Shown here: positions 26,822 through 33,591 of the stretch, in pieces
Position numbering within the stretch: the stretch's first letter is position 1
Layout: the number at the start of each line of letters is the position of its first letter
Origin: Nanobdellota archaeon
Lineage (GTDB): Archaea; Nanobdellota; Nanobdellia; Woesearchaeales; JAHJEM01
Direction of reading: 5' to 3'
Length of the DNA: 58,011 nt
Assembly: GCA_018825425.1 (NCBI GenBank)
Contig: JAHJEM010000063.1
Location: 1 to 58,011 of the forward strand
The notes under the pieces: generated by a model
The model's input: the letters and a program-made list of their open reading frames with translations, nothing else
What the model was told of the DNA's origin: nothing
Database searches by the model: none
Made by a program: the position numbers and the translations under genes

Positions 26822-27682
26822 ATGAATTGGTTTATCCTCGCAATCTTGGCAGCAGTGTTCTTTTCAGCACAAAGAATTGTTGCAAGATTACTTCTTAGGA
26901 AGCAAGGAAATCCTATTGCGTTTACTGTTTGCCATAATCTTATTGCAGGAGCTGTGATAATTCCTGCATTTTTCTTTTTTGATTTCCATCTTCCTGTTCA
27001 TGCAAAGACCTGGCTACTATATTTAGTGGCAGTTTTTTTCTATGGAGTAGGCGATGTGTACACATACAAAGCAATACAGAATCTTAGTGTATCAACTTGG
27101 CAGATTATTACCCAGGTCAGACATATCTTTACATTGCTTGGTGGTTTTCTGATCTATTCTGAACCTCTTGCTGCTGTAAAAATATTGGGAATAGTATTGA
27201 TAATTACCGGGGCATTTGTCACACTATACAATAAGCGCGAGAAGACAAAACTTAATTGGTCTGTTGGCATATTTTTCACAGTTCTTGCAGCATTTCTTAT
27301 ATCAGCAGGTATCATCACTGATAAGACCATAATCCATGACTTTTCCATGCCAGTCTATGTATCACTTAATCTGATCACGATATCAGTAGGTGGATTTCTG
27401 TATCTAGGAATAAAAGGAAAGACCAAATCCATTGTTCAAGAACTCAAAATGCAGCGATATGGTTTGCTGCTAGCAGGCATCCTATTTGGAATCCATAAGT
27501 TCATACTAATTCTTGCGATTAAACTTGGTGAAGTGTCAAGGGTTATCCCTGTATCCCAGGCAGCACTGATATTTACAGTGATTGCAGGAGTACTGTTCTT
27601 GAAAGAAAATGAGAGACTTCCTCAGAAAGTCATTGGAATTGCCATTATAGCACTAGGCGTTATCAGCATGTACTTTTTCTGA
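26822..27682 (+). CDS. EamA/DMT-family transporter
   Basis: About 10 TM helices in two homologous halves. Confidence 0.7.
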   Translation: MNWFILAILAAVFFSAQRIVARLLLRKQGNPIAFTVCHNLIAGAVIIPAFFFFDFHLPVHAKTWLLYLVAVFFYGVGDVYTYKAIQNLSVSTWQIITQVRHIFTLLGGFLIYSEPLAAVKILGIVLIITGAFVTLYNKREKTKLNWSVGIFFTVLAAFLISAGIITDKTIIHDFSMPVYVSLNLITISVGGFLYLGIKGKTKSIVQELKMQRYGLLLAGILFGIHKFILILAIKLGEVSRVIPVSQAALIFTVIAGVLFLKENERLPQKVIGIAIIALGVISMYFF

Positions 27683-27734
27683 GTCGAAATCTTTATAAAT
27701 CTCCTCGCTATCGCTGGTTTATTGGGGGTTAAGT

Positions 27735-28064
27735 ATGAAGGAGAAAATATCAGTTGTTGTGGATAAAGAGCTTTGGACTGACTTTAAGGCGTACTGTAAA
27801 GAAAATGGTATGAGTTTTTCCAAAAAAGTCGAAGTCCTGATCAGAAACGAGCTTGATCATAAGACCAGAAAAGAGAAGCGACAGACTGAGATTATGGAGA
27901 TTCTCGCAGACCTGATCCATGAGAAGAAAGGAACTAAGACACCCTCCCCTAAAGCACATTCTAAATTAGTCAAGAAAGCTTCTGCAAAAGGAACTGTGTC
28001 TGATCTTCAAGGTCTAACTGAAAGATTCTTGGAAAAAAGAGGACGGTTGCCTCCACGAGAGTAA
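27735..28064 (+). CDS. ribbon-helix-helix-like small protein
   Basis: The N-terminus KISVVVDKELWTDFKAYCKENGMSFSKKVEVLIRNEL looks RHH-like. The C-terminal tail is basic. Confidence 0.45.
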   Translation: MKEKISVVVDKELWTDFKAYCKENGMSFSKKVEVLIRNELDHKTRKEKRQTEIMEILADLIHEKKGTKTPSPKAHSKLVKKASAKGTVSDLQGLTERFLEKRGRLPPRE

Positions 28065-28107
28065 TTCTTGGGAACATTTTTAAATAAAAGTTGTCATAGA
28101 TATAGAC

Positions 28108-29382
28108 ATGGCAATGCAGATGATGCAAACACCTTGGAATCAAGATTCTAATCTTACAGGTATTGCAAAGAAAGCAGAATTAGCTAAAACCAGTTTTACA
28201 GGTATAGGAATTGTGCGAAATGTTGTTGCTGCAATAATAATTGCTGCAGTTCTGATTGTTGTTCTGCAATTACCCAAAGATAAGGTCATTCTGATTGCTG
28301 CAATTGAAATTATATTCCAGATTTTTGGAGGAATTGTTACTTTCAATAAATTTAAGACAATTAAAGCAATCAAGAAACCAACCAATTCACAATATAGAGA
28401 GATTCTTATTAAAACAGAATACTTTGGATTACAAAGGGTTGCAATCAGTACCGCTTCAGCCTTGATCATGCTAGGGATTGTCTACTATACTATTGACACC
28501 TTCAAGATTGACTTTGAAAGTATTCCTCTTCTTGCCAGCTTATCTGACTACACTCATATTGTACTATATATAATAATAGCAGTTATGACATTAAGATTAT
28601 TAGAGCTGGCATTCAAATACATCAGATATAAAGTCTATTCAACACTTCCAGAGAATTGTGAATTTGACGAGTTGAACCGTAAATATTCCTTGATCAAAGA
28701 AAAGCTAGATCTTGTCACATTCATTCCAGTCATGTCAATTGTAATTGTTGTCATGATTATTTCACCAATACCTGCAATCGGTCCCATTTTATTTGGTATC
28801 TTTGGAATTGGATTTGTATGGTTGTCAATTACTAAGATAAAAAGAGTAAAAAATGTCCAATTCCAGAAGGATGTTATTGAAGACACCAGGAAAATACATA
28901 TTGAATCATTGTCTGGAGAGACAATAAGTGGATCTGTTTTTGGCGTATTGAAGGCAGCAGCGACTTTCAAGGACATCTTCCAAGTCCAAGGCTCATCTTT
29001 TGCAGGCACAGGCAAACATAAATTCCCTGAGAACAGCATTGTTGTAACCAATAAGCGTATTTTGTTGGTTTTTGTTCCTGTTACTGGCGGAAATAAAATA
29101 GTTGACGGCACAGACTATGTAACCCAGAATTTTTATTATAATCGAAGTGAGATAATCGCGAAAGGAAAAGAGTTTGTAAAGAAACCATTGAGAGATATAC
29201 TGGCTGCAACAACAAGGACGTACTCGTTTTCTGATATAAAATCAGCGCGGATTAAACAAGCAGAGATACTTCTGACATTGAATAGTGGAATCAAGATCAA
29301 GTATATATTCTTAGATAGAGAAATTGGGGATGAATTATATTCTCTTCTTGCGCCATTAAGTGACAAGGTTGTGAAGAAATAA
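28108..29382 (+). CDS. multi-pass membrane protein with a C-terminal PH-like (bacterial PH / YdbT-like) domain
   Basis: Several TM helices, then ENSIVVTNKRILLVFVP...AEILLTLNSGIKIKYIF. Confidence 0.45.
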   Translation: MAMQMMQTPWNQDSNLTGIAKKAELAKTSFTGIGIVRNVVAAIIIAAVLIVVLQLPKDKVILIAAIEIIFQIFGGIVTFNKFKTIKAIKKPTNSQYREILIKTEYFGLQRVAISTASALIMLGIVYYTIDTFKIDFESIPLLASLSDYTHIVLYIIIAVMTLRLLELAFKYIRYKVYSTLPENCEFDELNRKYSLIKEKLDLVTFIPVMSIVIVVMIISPIPAIGPILFGIFGIGFVWLSITKIKRVKNVQFQKDVIEDTRKIHIESLSGETISGSVFGVLKAAATFKDIFQVQGSSFAGTGKHKFPENSIVVTNKRILLVFVPVTGGNKIVDGTDYVTQNFYYNRSEIIAKGKEFVKKPLRDILAATTRTYSFSDIKSARIKQAEILLTLNSGIKIKYIFLDREIGDELYSLLAPLSDKVVKK

Positions 29383-29436
29383 AAGCCTGTTATTTTGGCA
29401 AATCTTTTTAAATAACTTATATCTCCATAGGTTTAG

Positions 29437-29567
29437 CCCTCCATAGCTTAGTGGCTAGAGCGCTCGGCTGTAGAAGTTGCAAGACGGTCTCAGCACATTC
29501 TCTGAGTAAGAATGAAATGCAATCAGCGGCCACCGAGAGATCCCCGGTTCAAGTCTGGGTGGAGGGA
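29437..29567 (+). tRNA. tRNA-Tyr(GTA) with a ~58-nt intron at 37/38
   Basis: Acceptor CCCTCCA/TGGAGGG (C1:G72, the archaeal/eukaryal Tyr identity pair). D arm GCTT-AGTGGCTA-GAGC. Anticodon stem CTCGG/CCGAG, anticodon GTA at 29470-29472. T arm CCCGG-TTCAAGT-CTGGG, discriminator A. Confidence 0.88.
29474..29531 (+). other. putative tRNA-Tyr intron (canonical position)
   Basis: 58 nt lie between position 37 and the 3' half of the anticodon stem. Intron CAGC can pair with exon GCTG, which includes the first anticodon base. Confidence 0.75.
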
Positions 29568-29571
29568 CTTC

Positions 29572-29579
29572 TTTTTTTT
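29572..29579 (+). terminator. T8 tract after tRNA-Tyr
   Basis: CTTCTTTTTTTTA follows the discriminator base immediately. Confidence 0.55.
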
Positions 29580-29769
29580 AGAAAATACCAATCATAAACA
29601 CAGTAGTCATCCCCACTGCAAAAAGAAGCATAATAACTCCTCCTATAAGATACATGAGTTTCTTTTTTCCCGATGTTTTCTTCCAAAGAAAGACTGACCA
29701 TATGCCCAGAGCATAGAGTGCTATCTGGATTAGAATAATAATCAATGCGATTGGCCATTTGTAACCCAT
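29578..29769 (-). CDS. small two-TM membrane protein
   Basis: 63 aa with two hydrophobic helices separated by KKTSGKKK. A TTTAAATA box lies 28 nt upstream of the ATG. Preferred over the overlapping 106-aa ORF, which runs into the tRNA. Confidence 0.55.
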   Translation of the reverse strand: MGYKWPIALIIILIQIALYALGIWSVFLWKKTSGKKKLMYLIGGVIMLLFAVGMTTVFMIGIF

Positions 29770-29869
29770 ATTTGGGATTCTGGATTTGGATGTTTAAATA
29801 GTTTTCGAGACAAGAGGTGTTGCTGTGGTTAATCGTTATATTGATGTGCAGGGTTAAGAATAAATACAC

Positions 29870-30568
29870 CTATTTCTTCCTCAGTTTAATCACCAAAAAC
29901 GTTGGATTTCTGCAGTGCCAGGTTATTTTTTCTGTTTTTGGTTGTGGCTCTTTAAAACTTAATAATTCAAATCCATTTCCTAATAATGCAGAAAAATAAT
30001 CTTCTAAGGGCTTATGATAATGCTCCATGGTAGCAGTTCCACCCCATTTCCTGGTAATCTTTCTTCTCTCAAAATAATTTCCAAAGATTTTTTTCTTACC
30101 TAGTATCTTGATTTTTCCAACCAAACTACCTTCTTGATAGAATATAGGGTTTGTAACTGAAAAAACAATTATCCCTTTATTCTTTAAAACTCGATTACAT
30201 TCTTTAAAAAGAGTGTCTACATCCTCTAAATGATCAAATACCAGACTTGAGGTTATAATATCAAAACTGGAATTTTTAAAAGGAAATTTTTTTGATATAT
30301 CATATACCATAAATTTTGTGTTAGGAATGCTTAGATTTTTTGCATGTTCAATCTCTTTTTTAGAATTATCAACCGCTGTGACAATCGCACCTTTCTTAGA
30401 ATAAATGTTTGCATAGTCTCCAAATCCGCAACCCAAGTCCAATAATTTCTTGCTTTTAATATTTCCCAATAACTGGAGCATTACAGGAAATTCTGCATTC
30501 ATTTTCTTGTCGAACATATTGCTTCTCATAGCAATATATTCTTTGGCAAATTTATCATACTGAGACAT
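29870..30568 (-). CDS. class I SAM-dependent methyltransferase
   Basis: LLDLGCGFGDY motif I, then VTAVDNS, then DIITSSLVFDHL. Confidence 0.8.
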   Translation of the reverse strand: MSQYDKFAKEYIAMRSNMFDKKMNAEFPVMLQLLGNIKSKKLLDLGCGFGDYANIYSKKGAIVTAVDNSKKEIEHAKNLSIPNTKFMVYDISKKFPFKNSSFDIITSSLVFDHLEDVDTLFKECNRVLKNKGIIVFSVTNPIFYQEGSLVGKIKILGKKKIFGNYFERRKITRKWGGTATMEHYHKPLEDYFSALLGNGFELLSFKEPQPKTEKITWHCRNPTFLVIKLRKK

Positions 30569-30650
30569 AATGTATTAATTGTATCCGCAATATATAAATA
30601 TTTACAGCATAGATTATTAGTATATCATTATAGTGGTTAGAGAAGCATAT

Positions 30651-31286
30651 CTAACTCGGATGCAACGCCTCAGGCTTCTCAGCAACCTCAGCTTCCACCT
30701 TAAACGGATTCTTCAGTTTCGCAACAATCTTTGGATCAGTTGGTTCTCCTTTTACCCATTCTTTTCCTAATTCCTCAAGTAGATCCTTATGACCTGCTCT
30801 TCGTAGTTTGCCTTTCAGTTGAGTCAATGGATTACTATCATGATATCCCCCTTTGATGAATTCAAAGTCATGTTCTTTGCCATTAGTCTCAACAATCTTT
30901 ACAAAATAATGGCAGTGTGGACTGACTCTATGTGTTGTTAGTTTATATTGGACCTGAATTATTCCTTTTGACTTTATTTTTCTGATATGCAACCAGTTCA
31001 GAGAGGTCTCACCCATATAAACCCCTTCTTTATCTATCTTGATTGCCTCTTTGAAGCCCAGATACTCCTTAGGACTCCCTTTTGGCCTGTTTTCTTGCAT
31101 AAAAACATGAATTTTCCTATTGAGAACATTAGTTACCATAAACACAATCACAATGAGAACACCTAATAGCATTGCGATACCAGAGGTCAGAGTATCTGTT
31201 CTTCTGAAGTACCAAACACCTATTATTAAGATAACCACCAATATATACATGAGCTTGTTTAGTAGAATTATCCTCTGTTGTTCCAT
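30651..31286 (-). CDS. membrane-anchored hypothetical protein
   Basis: Two N-terminal TM helices plus a soluble C-terminal domain. TATA-like box 29 nt upstream. Confidence 0.55.
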   Translation of the reverse strand: MEQQRIILLNKLMYILVVILIIGVWYFRRTDTLTSGIAMLLGVLIVIVFMVTNVLNRKIHVFMQENRPKGSPKEYLGFKEAIKIDKEGVYMGETSLNWLHIRKIKSKGIIQVQYKLTTHRVSPHCHYFVKIVETNGKEHDFEFIKGGYHDSNPLTQLKGKLRRAGHKDLLEELGKEWVKGEPTDPKIVAKLKNPFKVEAEVAEKPEALHPS

Positions 31287-31577
31287 ACGCTGCTTGGATT
31301 GAGGTACTTATTTAAATATATTGGAAACTTACCTGACAAAAATATCATACATTTTCCCCAATCACCTCAGAATATGCTTAAAATGGCCCTGAAAGTGCCA
31401 AAAGACCGCAATGTTTATAAAGGGTTTGGAGTTTCTAGCGGTATTAATCCCTATATAGACCAATTTGCGGCTCAAGAATCCAAAATGACAAAGAATTCTT
31501 TACCAATCCACAATTACAATTATCCTAATACAGATGTATCCATATCATACTCATGCCCTGGTAGTGTAGTTCGGCTC

Positions 31578-31594
31578 ATATAAATGCGACAGCT
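31578..31594 (+). other. putative D-loop intron of tRNA-Asp (17 nt)
   Basis: ATATAAATGCGACAGCT separates AGTTCGGCTC from ATCAT. Boundaries are approximate. Confidence 0.55.
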
Positions 31595-31611
31595 ATCATG
31601 AAGCCCTGTCG

Positions 31612-31624
31612 ACTTCAGGCGGAC
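31612..31624 (+). other. putative canonical 37/38 intron of tRNA-Asp (13 nt)
   Basis: ACTTCAGGCGGAC. CCTGTC/GACAGG pairing spans the exon-intron junction. Confidence 0.65.
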
Positions 31625-31646
31625 AGGCTTCGACCCGGGTTCGAAT

Positions 31647-31679
31647 GCAGTGAATGTGACAAGATTTGCTGCCGTGTGT
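31647..31679 (+). other. putative T-loop intron of tRNA-Asp (33 nt)
   Basis: The insert lies between TTCGAAT and the CCCGG 3' half of the T stem. It has an internal GCAG...CTGC stem. Confidence 0.55.
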
Positions 31680-31720
31680 CCCGGCCAGGGCGCTTAAATG
31701 GGCCGGTAGCTCAGCCTGGA

Positions 31721-31734
31721 GAAATGCGGGCAAT
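31721..31734 (+). other. putative D-loop intron of tRNA-Lys (~14 nt)
   Basis: GAAATGCGGGCAAT lies inside an otherwise standard AGCCTGG.A D-loop. Intron CGGGC can pair with exon GCCTG. Confidence 0.55.
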
Positions 31735-31751
31735 AGAGCACACCACTTTTA

Positions 31752-31782
31752 ACCAAAACGTCTTTTCCAGACGTTGAAAGTA
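31752..31782 (+). other. putative canonical 37/38 intron of tRNA-Lys (31 nt)
   Basis: Contains the hairpin AACGTC-TTTTCCA-GACGTT. Removing it closes CACCA/TGGTG. Confidence 0.65.
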
Positions 31783-31804
31783 ATGGTGTGGTCGCGGGTT
31801 CAAA

Positions 31805-31816
31805 AAACTTTGAAAA
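31805..31816 (+). other. putative T-loop intron of tRNA-Lys (12 nt)
   Basis: The T-loop reads TTCAAA-AAACTTTGAAAA-T. Exon TTCAAA is complementary to intron TTTGAA. Confidence 0.5.
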
Positions 31817-31852
31817 TCCCGTCCGGCCCATTTTATAATATTGGGGGATAAA

Positions 31853-32083
31853 ATGCCAAAGCAACTAATTAAACACATGCTAGTACCTGAGCATGTCAAG
31901 CTCAAAGAGAAGGAGAAGAAATCTCTTTATGAAGAGATGAGGATCACATTTGGTGATTTACCTAAAATTTCTGTTAACGACGCTGCATTAGAACACTTAG
32001 ATGTCAAACTAGGTGATGTCATAAAGATTAAAAGAATAAGCGTAACTGCAGGAGAATGCTTCTTTTACAGAGGCGTAACATAA
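31853..32083 (+). CDS. rpoH: DNA-directed RNA polymerase subunit H (Rpo5)
   Basis: HMLVPEHVKL..EKEKKSLYEE...LPKISVNDAA...GDVIKIKRIS.TAGE..FYR. ATG 31853 is preceded by GGGGGAT. First gene of the RNAP operon. Confidence 0.9.
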   Translation: MPKQLIKHMLVPEHVKLKEKEKKSLYEEMRITFGDLPKISVNDAALEHLDVKLGDVIKIKRISVTAGECFFYRGVT

Positions 32084-32103
32084 AATTTCATTCCAGATGC
32101 AAA

Positions 32104-33591
32104 ATGACCAATAAAATAGGACGGGTTTTAATTCAGAAATACTTTGAAGAGAATTCAATAGTAAATGCCAATATTCGATCGTTCAATGAATTCGTTGAAC
32201 ACGAACTTCTTGAGATCATTGAAGAGAACAGGGAGATCGAACCTACAATAATTCCTCCTAATGTTGACGAATTCAAGATTAGGTTGGATAACATATGGGT
32301 TACAAAACCCGAGATTATTGAGGCTGATGGATCTAAACGTGCCATCCACCCCTCTGAAGCTCGGCTTCGTAAACTCTCTTATTCTGCTCCTATTTTTCTG
32401 GAGGTTTCTTCAATAATTAATGGTGTTCAACGTGAATCTTTCAAGACTCAGATTGGATATCTTCCTATCATGCTAAAATCCAAGTACTGCCATCTAAGTC
32501 AGTTGCCAAGAGAGGAATTGATTAAGAATGGAGAGGATCCTGACGATCCAGGCGGTTACTTCATCATAAACGGAACTGAAAAAGCAATTGTAACTATCGA
32601 AGATCTTGCATCCAATAGGATGATGGTTGAAAAGACAGCTCTTGGAGTCTCTACTTATACTGGTAAGTTATTCTCAGAAAAAGGGTCTTACAAGATCCCT
32701 CATGTCATGGAAAAGATGAAAGATGGCATATTCAATTTCACTTTCACACGAGTAAAAAGAATTCCTTGTGTTGCTGTAATCAAGGCTCTAGGTTTGGTTA
32801 AGGATCAAGAGATTATGGAATATATTAACCTGGACAATGATGCTAGTGTGTTCATAAACTTATATGAATTCGCTGATCTAAAAACAGAAGAGGATGCAAT
32901 TGATTACATTGCCAAGAAGATTGGAATAACCCAATCAAAAGAGATCCGACTTGATCGTATGCGTGACATACTCGATAAGTATCTGCTCCCCCATCTTGGT
33001 ACAAGTGACAAAGACAGATTCTTCAAGGCAGTTAATATCTGCAAGCTCATGAAACAGTTTATCATATTTATTGAGTCAGATGTGCATCATGATGATAAGG
33101 ATCATTACATGAATAAGAGGCTTAAGATGTCTGGTGACCTGCTTGCAGATCTTTTCAGGGTAAATCTTAAAGTGCTCATCGGAGATCTTCTCTACAATTT
33201 CCAGAGGATAGTAAAAAGGGGTAAGTTCCCAAGCATCAAAGTAATAATCAGGGAAAAACTTCTTACACAGAGAATATATAGTAGCATGGCTACTGGAACC
33301 TGGGTTGGAGGAAGAAAAGGTATTAGCCAGAGGATTGAAAGACTGAACTTCTTGCAGACACAAAGTCATTTGCAGAGAGTAATCTCGCCTCTTTCAACTA
33401 GCCAAGAGAATTTTGAAGCAAGGGCTCTTCACCCTACACATCTTGGAAGATTGTGTCCTAATGAGACTCCTGAAGGAACAAATATCGGCCTTAGAAAAAA
33501 TCTTGCAATGCTTGCAAGTGTTACACGAGGAATTAAAGAGGACGAAGTTTTAGGTTACTTGAAAAAATTGGGTCTGGAGGCAGTAAAATGA
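32104..33591 (+). CDS. rpoB2: DNA-directed RNA polymerase subunit B'' (N-terminal part of split Rpo2)
   Basis: GGYFIINGTEKAIV and LHPTHLGRLCPNETPEGTNIGL. Start moved to ATG 32104 (MTNKIG), after the rpoH stop. Confidence 0.95.
   Translation: MTNKIGRVLIQKYFEENSIVNANIRSFNEFVEHELLEIIEENREIEPTIIPPNVDEFKIRLDNIWVTKPEIIEADGSKRAIHPSEARLRKLSYSAPIFLEVSSIINGVQRESFKTQIGYLPIMLKSKYCHLSQLPREELIKNGEDPDDPGGYFIINGTEKAIVTIEDLASNRMMVEKTALGVSTYTGKLFSEKGSYKIPHVMEKMKDGIFNFTFTRVKRIPCVAVIKALGLVKDQEIMEYINLDNDASVFINLYEFADLKTEEDAIDYIAKKIGITQSKEIRLDRMRDILDKYLLPHLGTSDKDRFFKAVNICKLMKQFIIFIESDVHHDDKDHYMNKRLKMSGDLLADLFRVNLKVLIGDLLYNFQRIVKRGKFPSIKVIIREKLLTQRIYSSMATGTWVGGRKGISQRIERLNFLQTQSHLQRVISPLSTSQENFEARALHPTHLGRLCPNETPEGTNIGLRKNLAMLASVTRGIKEDEVLGYLKKLGLEAVK

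Larger units (their letters stand above)
31555..31692 (+). tRNA. tRNA-Asp(GTC) interrupted at three positions
   Basis: Acceptor GCCCTGG/CCAGGGC, discriminator G. D stem GTGT with conserved ATCAT 3' side. Anticodon stem AAGCC/GGCTT, anticodon GTC at 31608-31610. T stem CCGGG/CCCGG, T-loop TTCGAAT. 138 nt in total, 75 nt after removing the three inserts. Confidence 0.75.
31700..31830 (+). tRNA. tRNA-Lys(TTT) interrupted at three positions
   Basis: Acceptor GGGCCGG/CCGGCCC, discriminator A. D stem GCTC/GAGC. Anticodon stem CACCA/TGGTG, anticodon TTT at 31748-31750. T stem GCGGG/CCCGT. 131 nt in total, ~74 nt after removing the inserts. Starts 7 nt after tRNA-Asp. Confidence 0.75.

Noticed and set aside
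29474-29531. C/D-box sRNA embedded in the 58-nt tRNA-Tyr intron, as in some archaeal tRNA introns
   Set aside because: It has only a CTGA and a weak ATGAAAT element, in the wrong order, and no proper RUGAUGA C box or terminal stem. The Gly intron is negative as well.
29549-29869. 106-aa minus-strand ORF next to tRNA-Tyr
   Set aside because: Its 3' end overlaps the tRNA. The nested 63-aa two-TM ORF (29578-29769) has a TATA box at the canonical 28-nt distance and is the more plausible gene.
31278-31583. 101-aa ORF upstream of and overlapping tRNA-Asp; likewise 29512-29697 and 31711-31905
   Set aside because: These ORFs run through tRNA genes and have no supporting signals, so they are most likely chance open frames.
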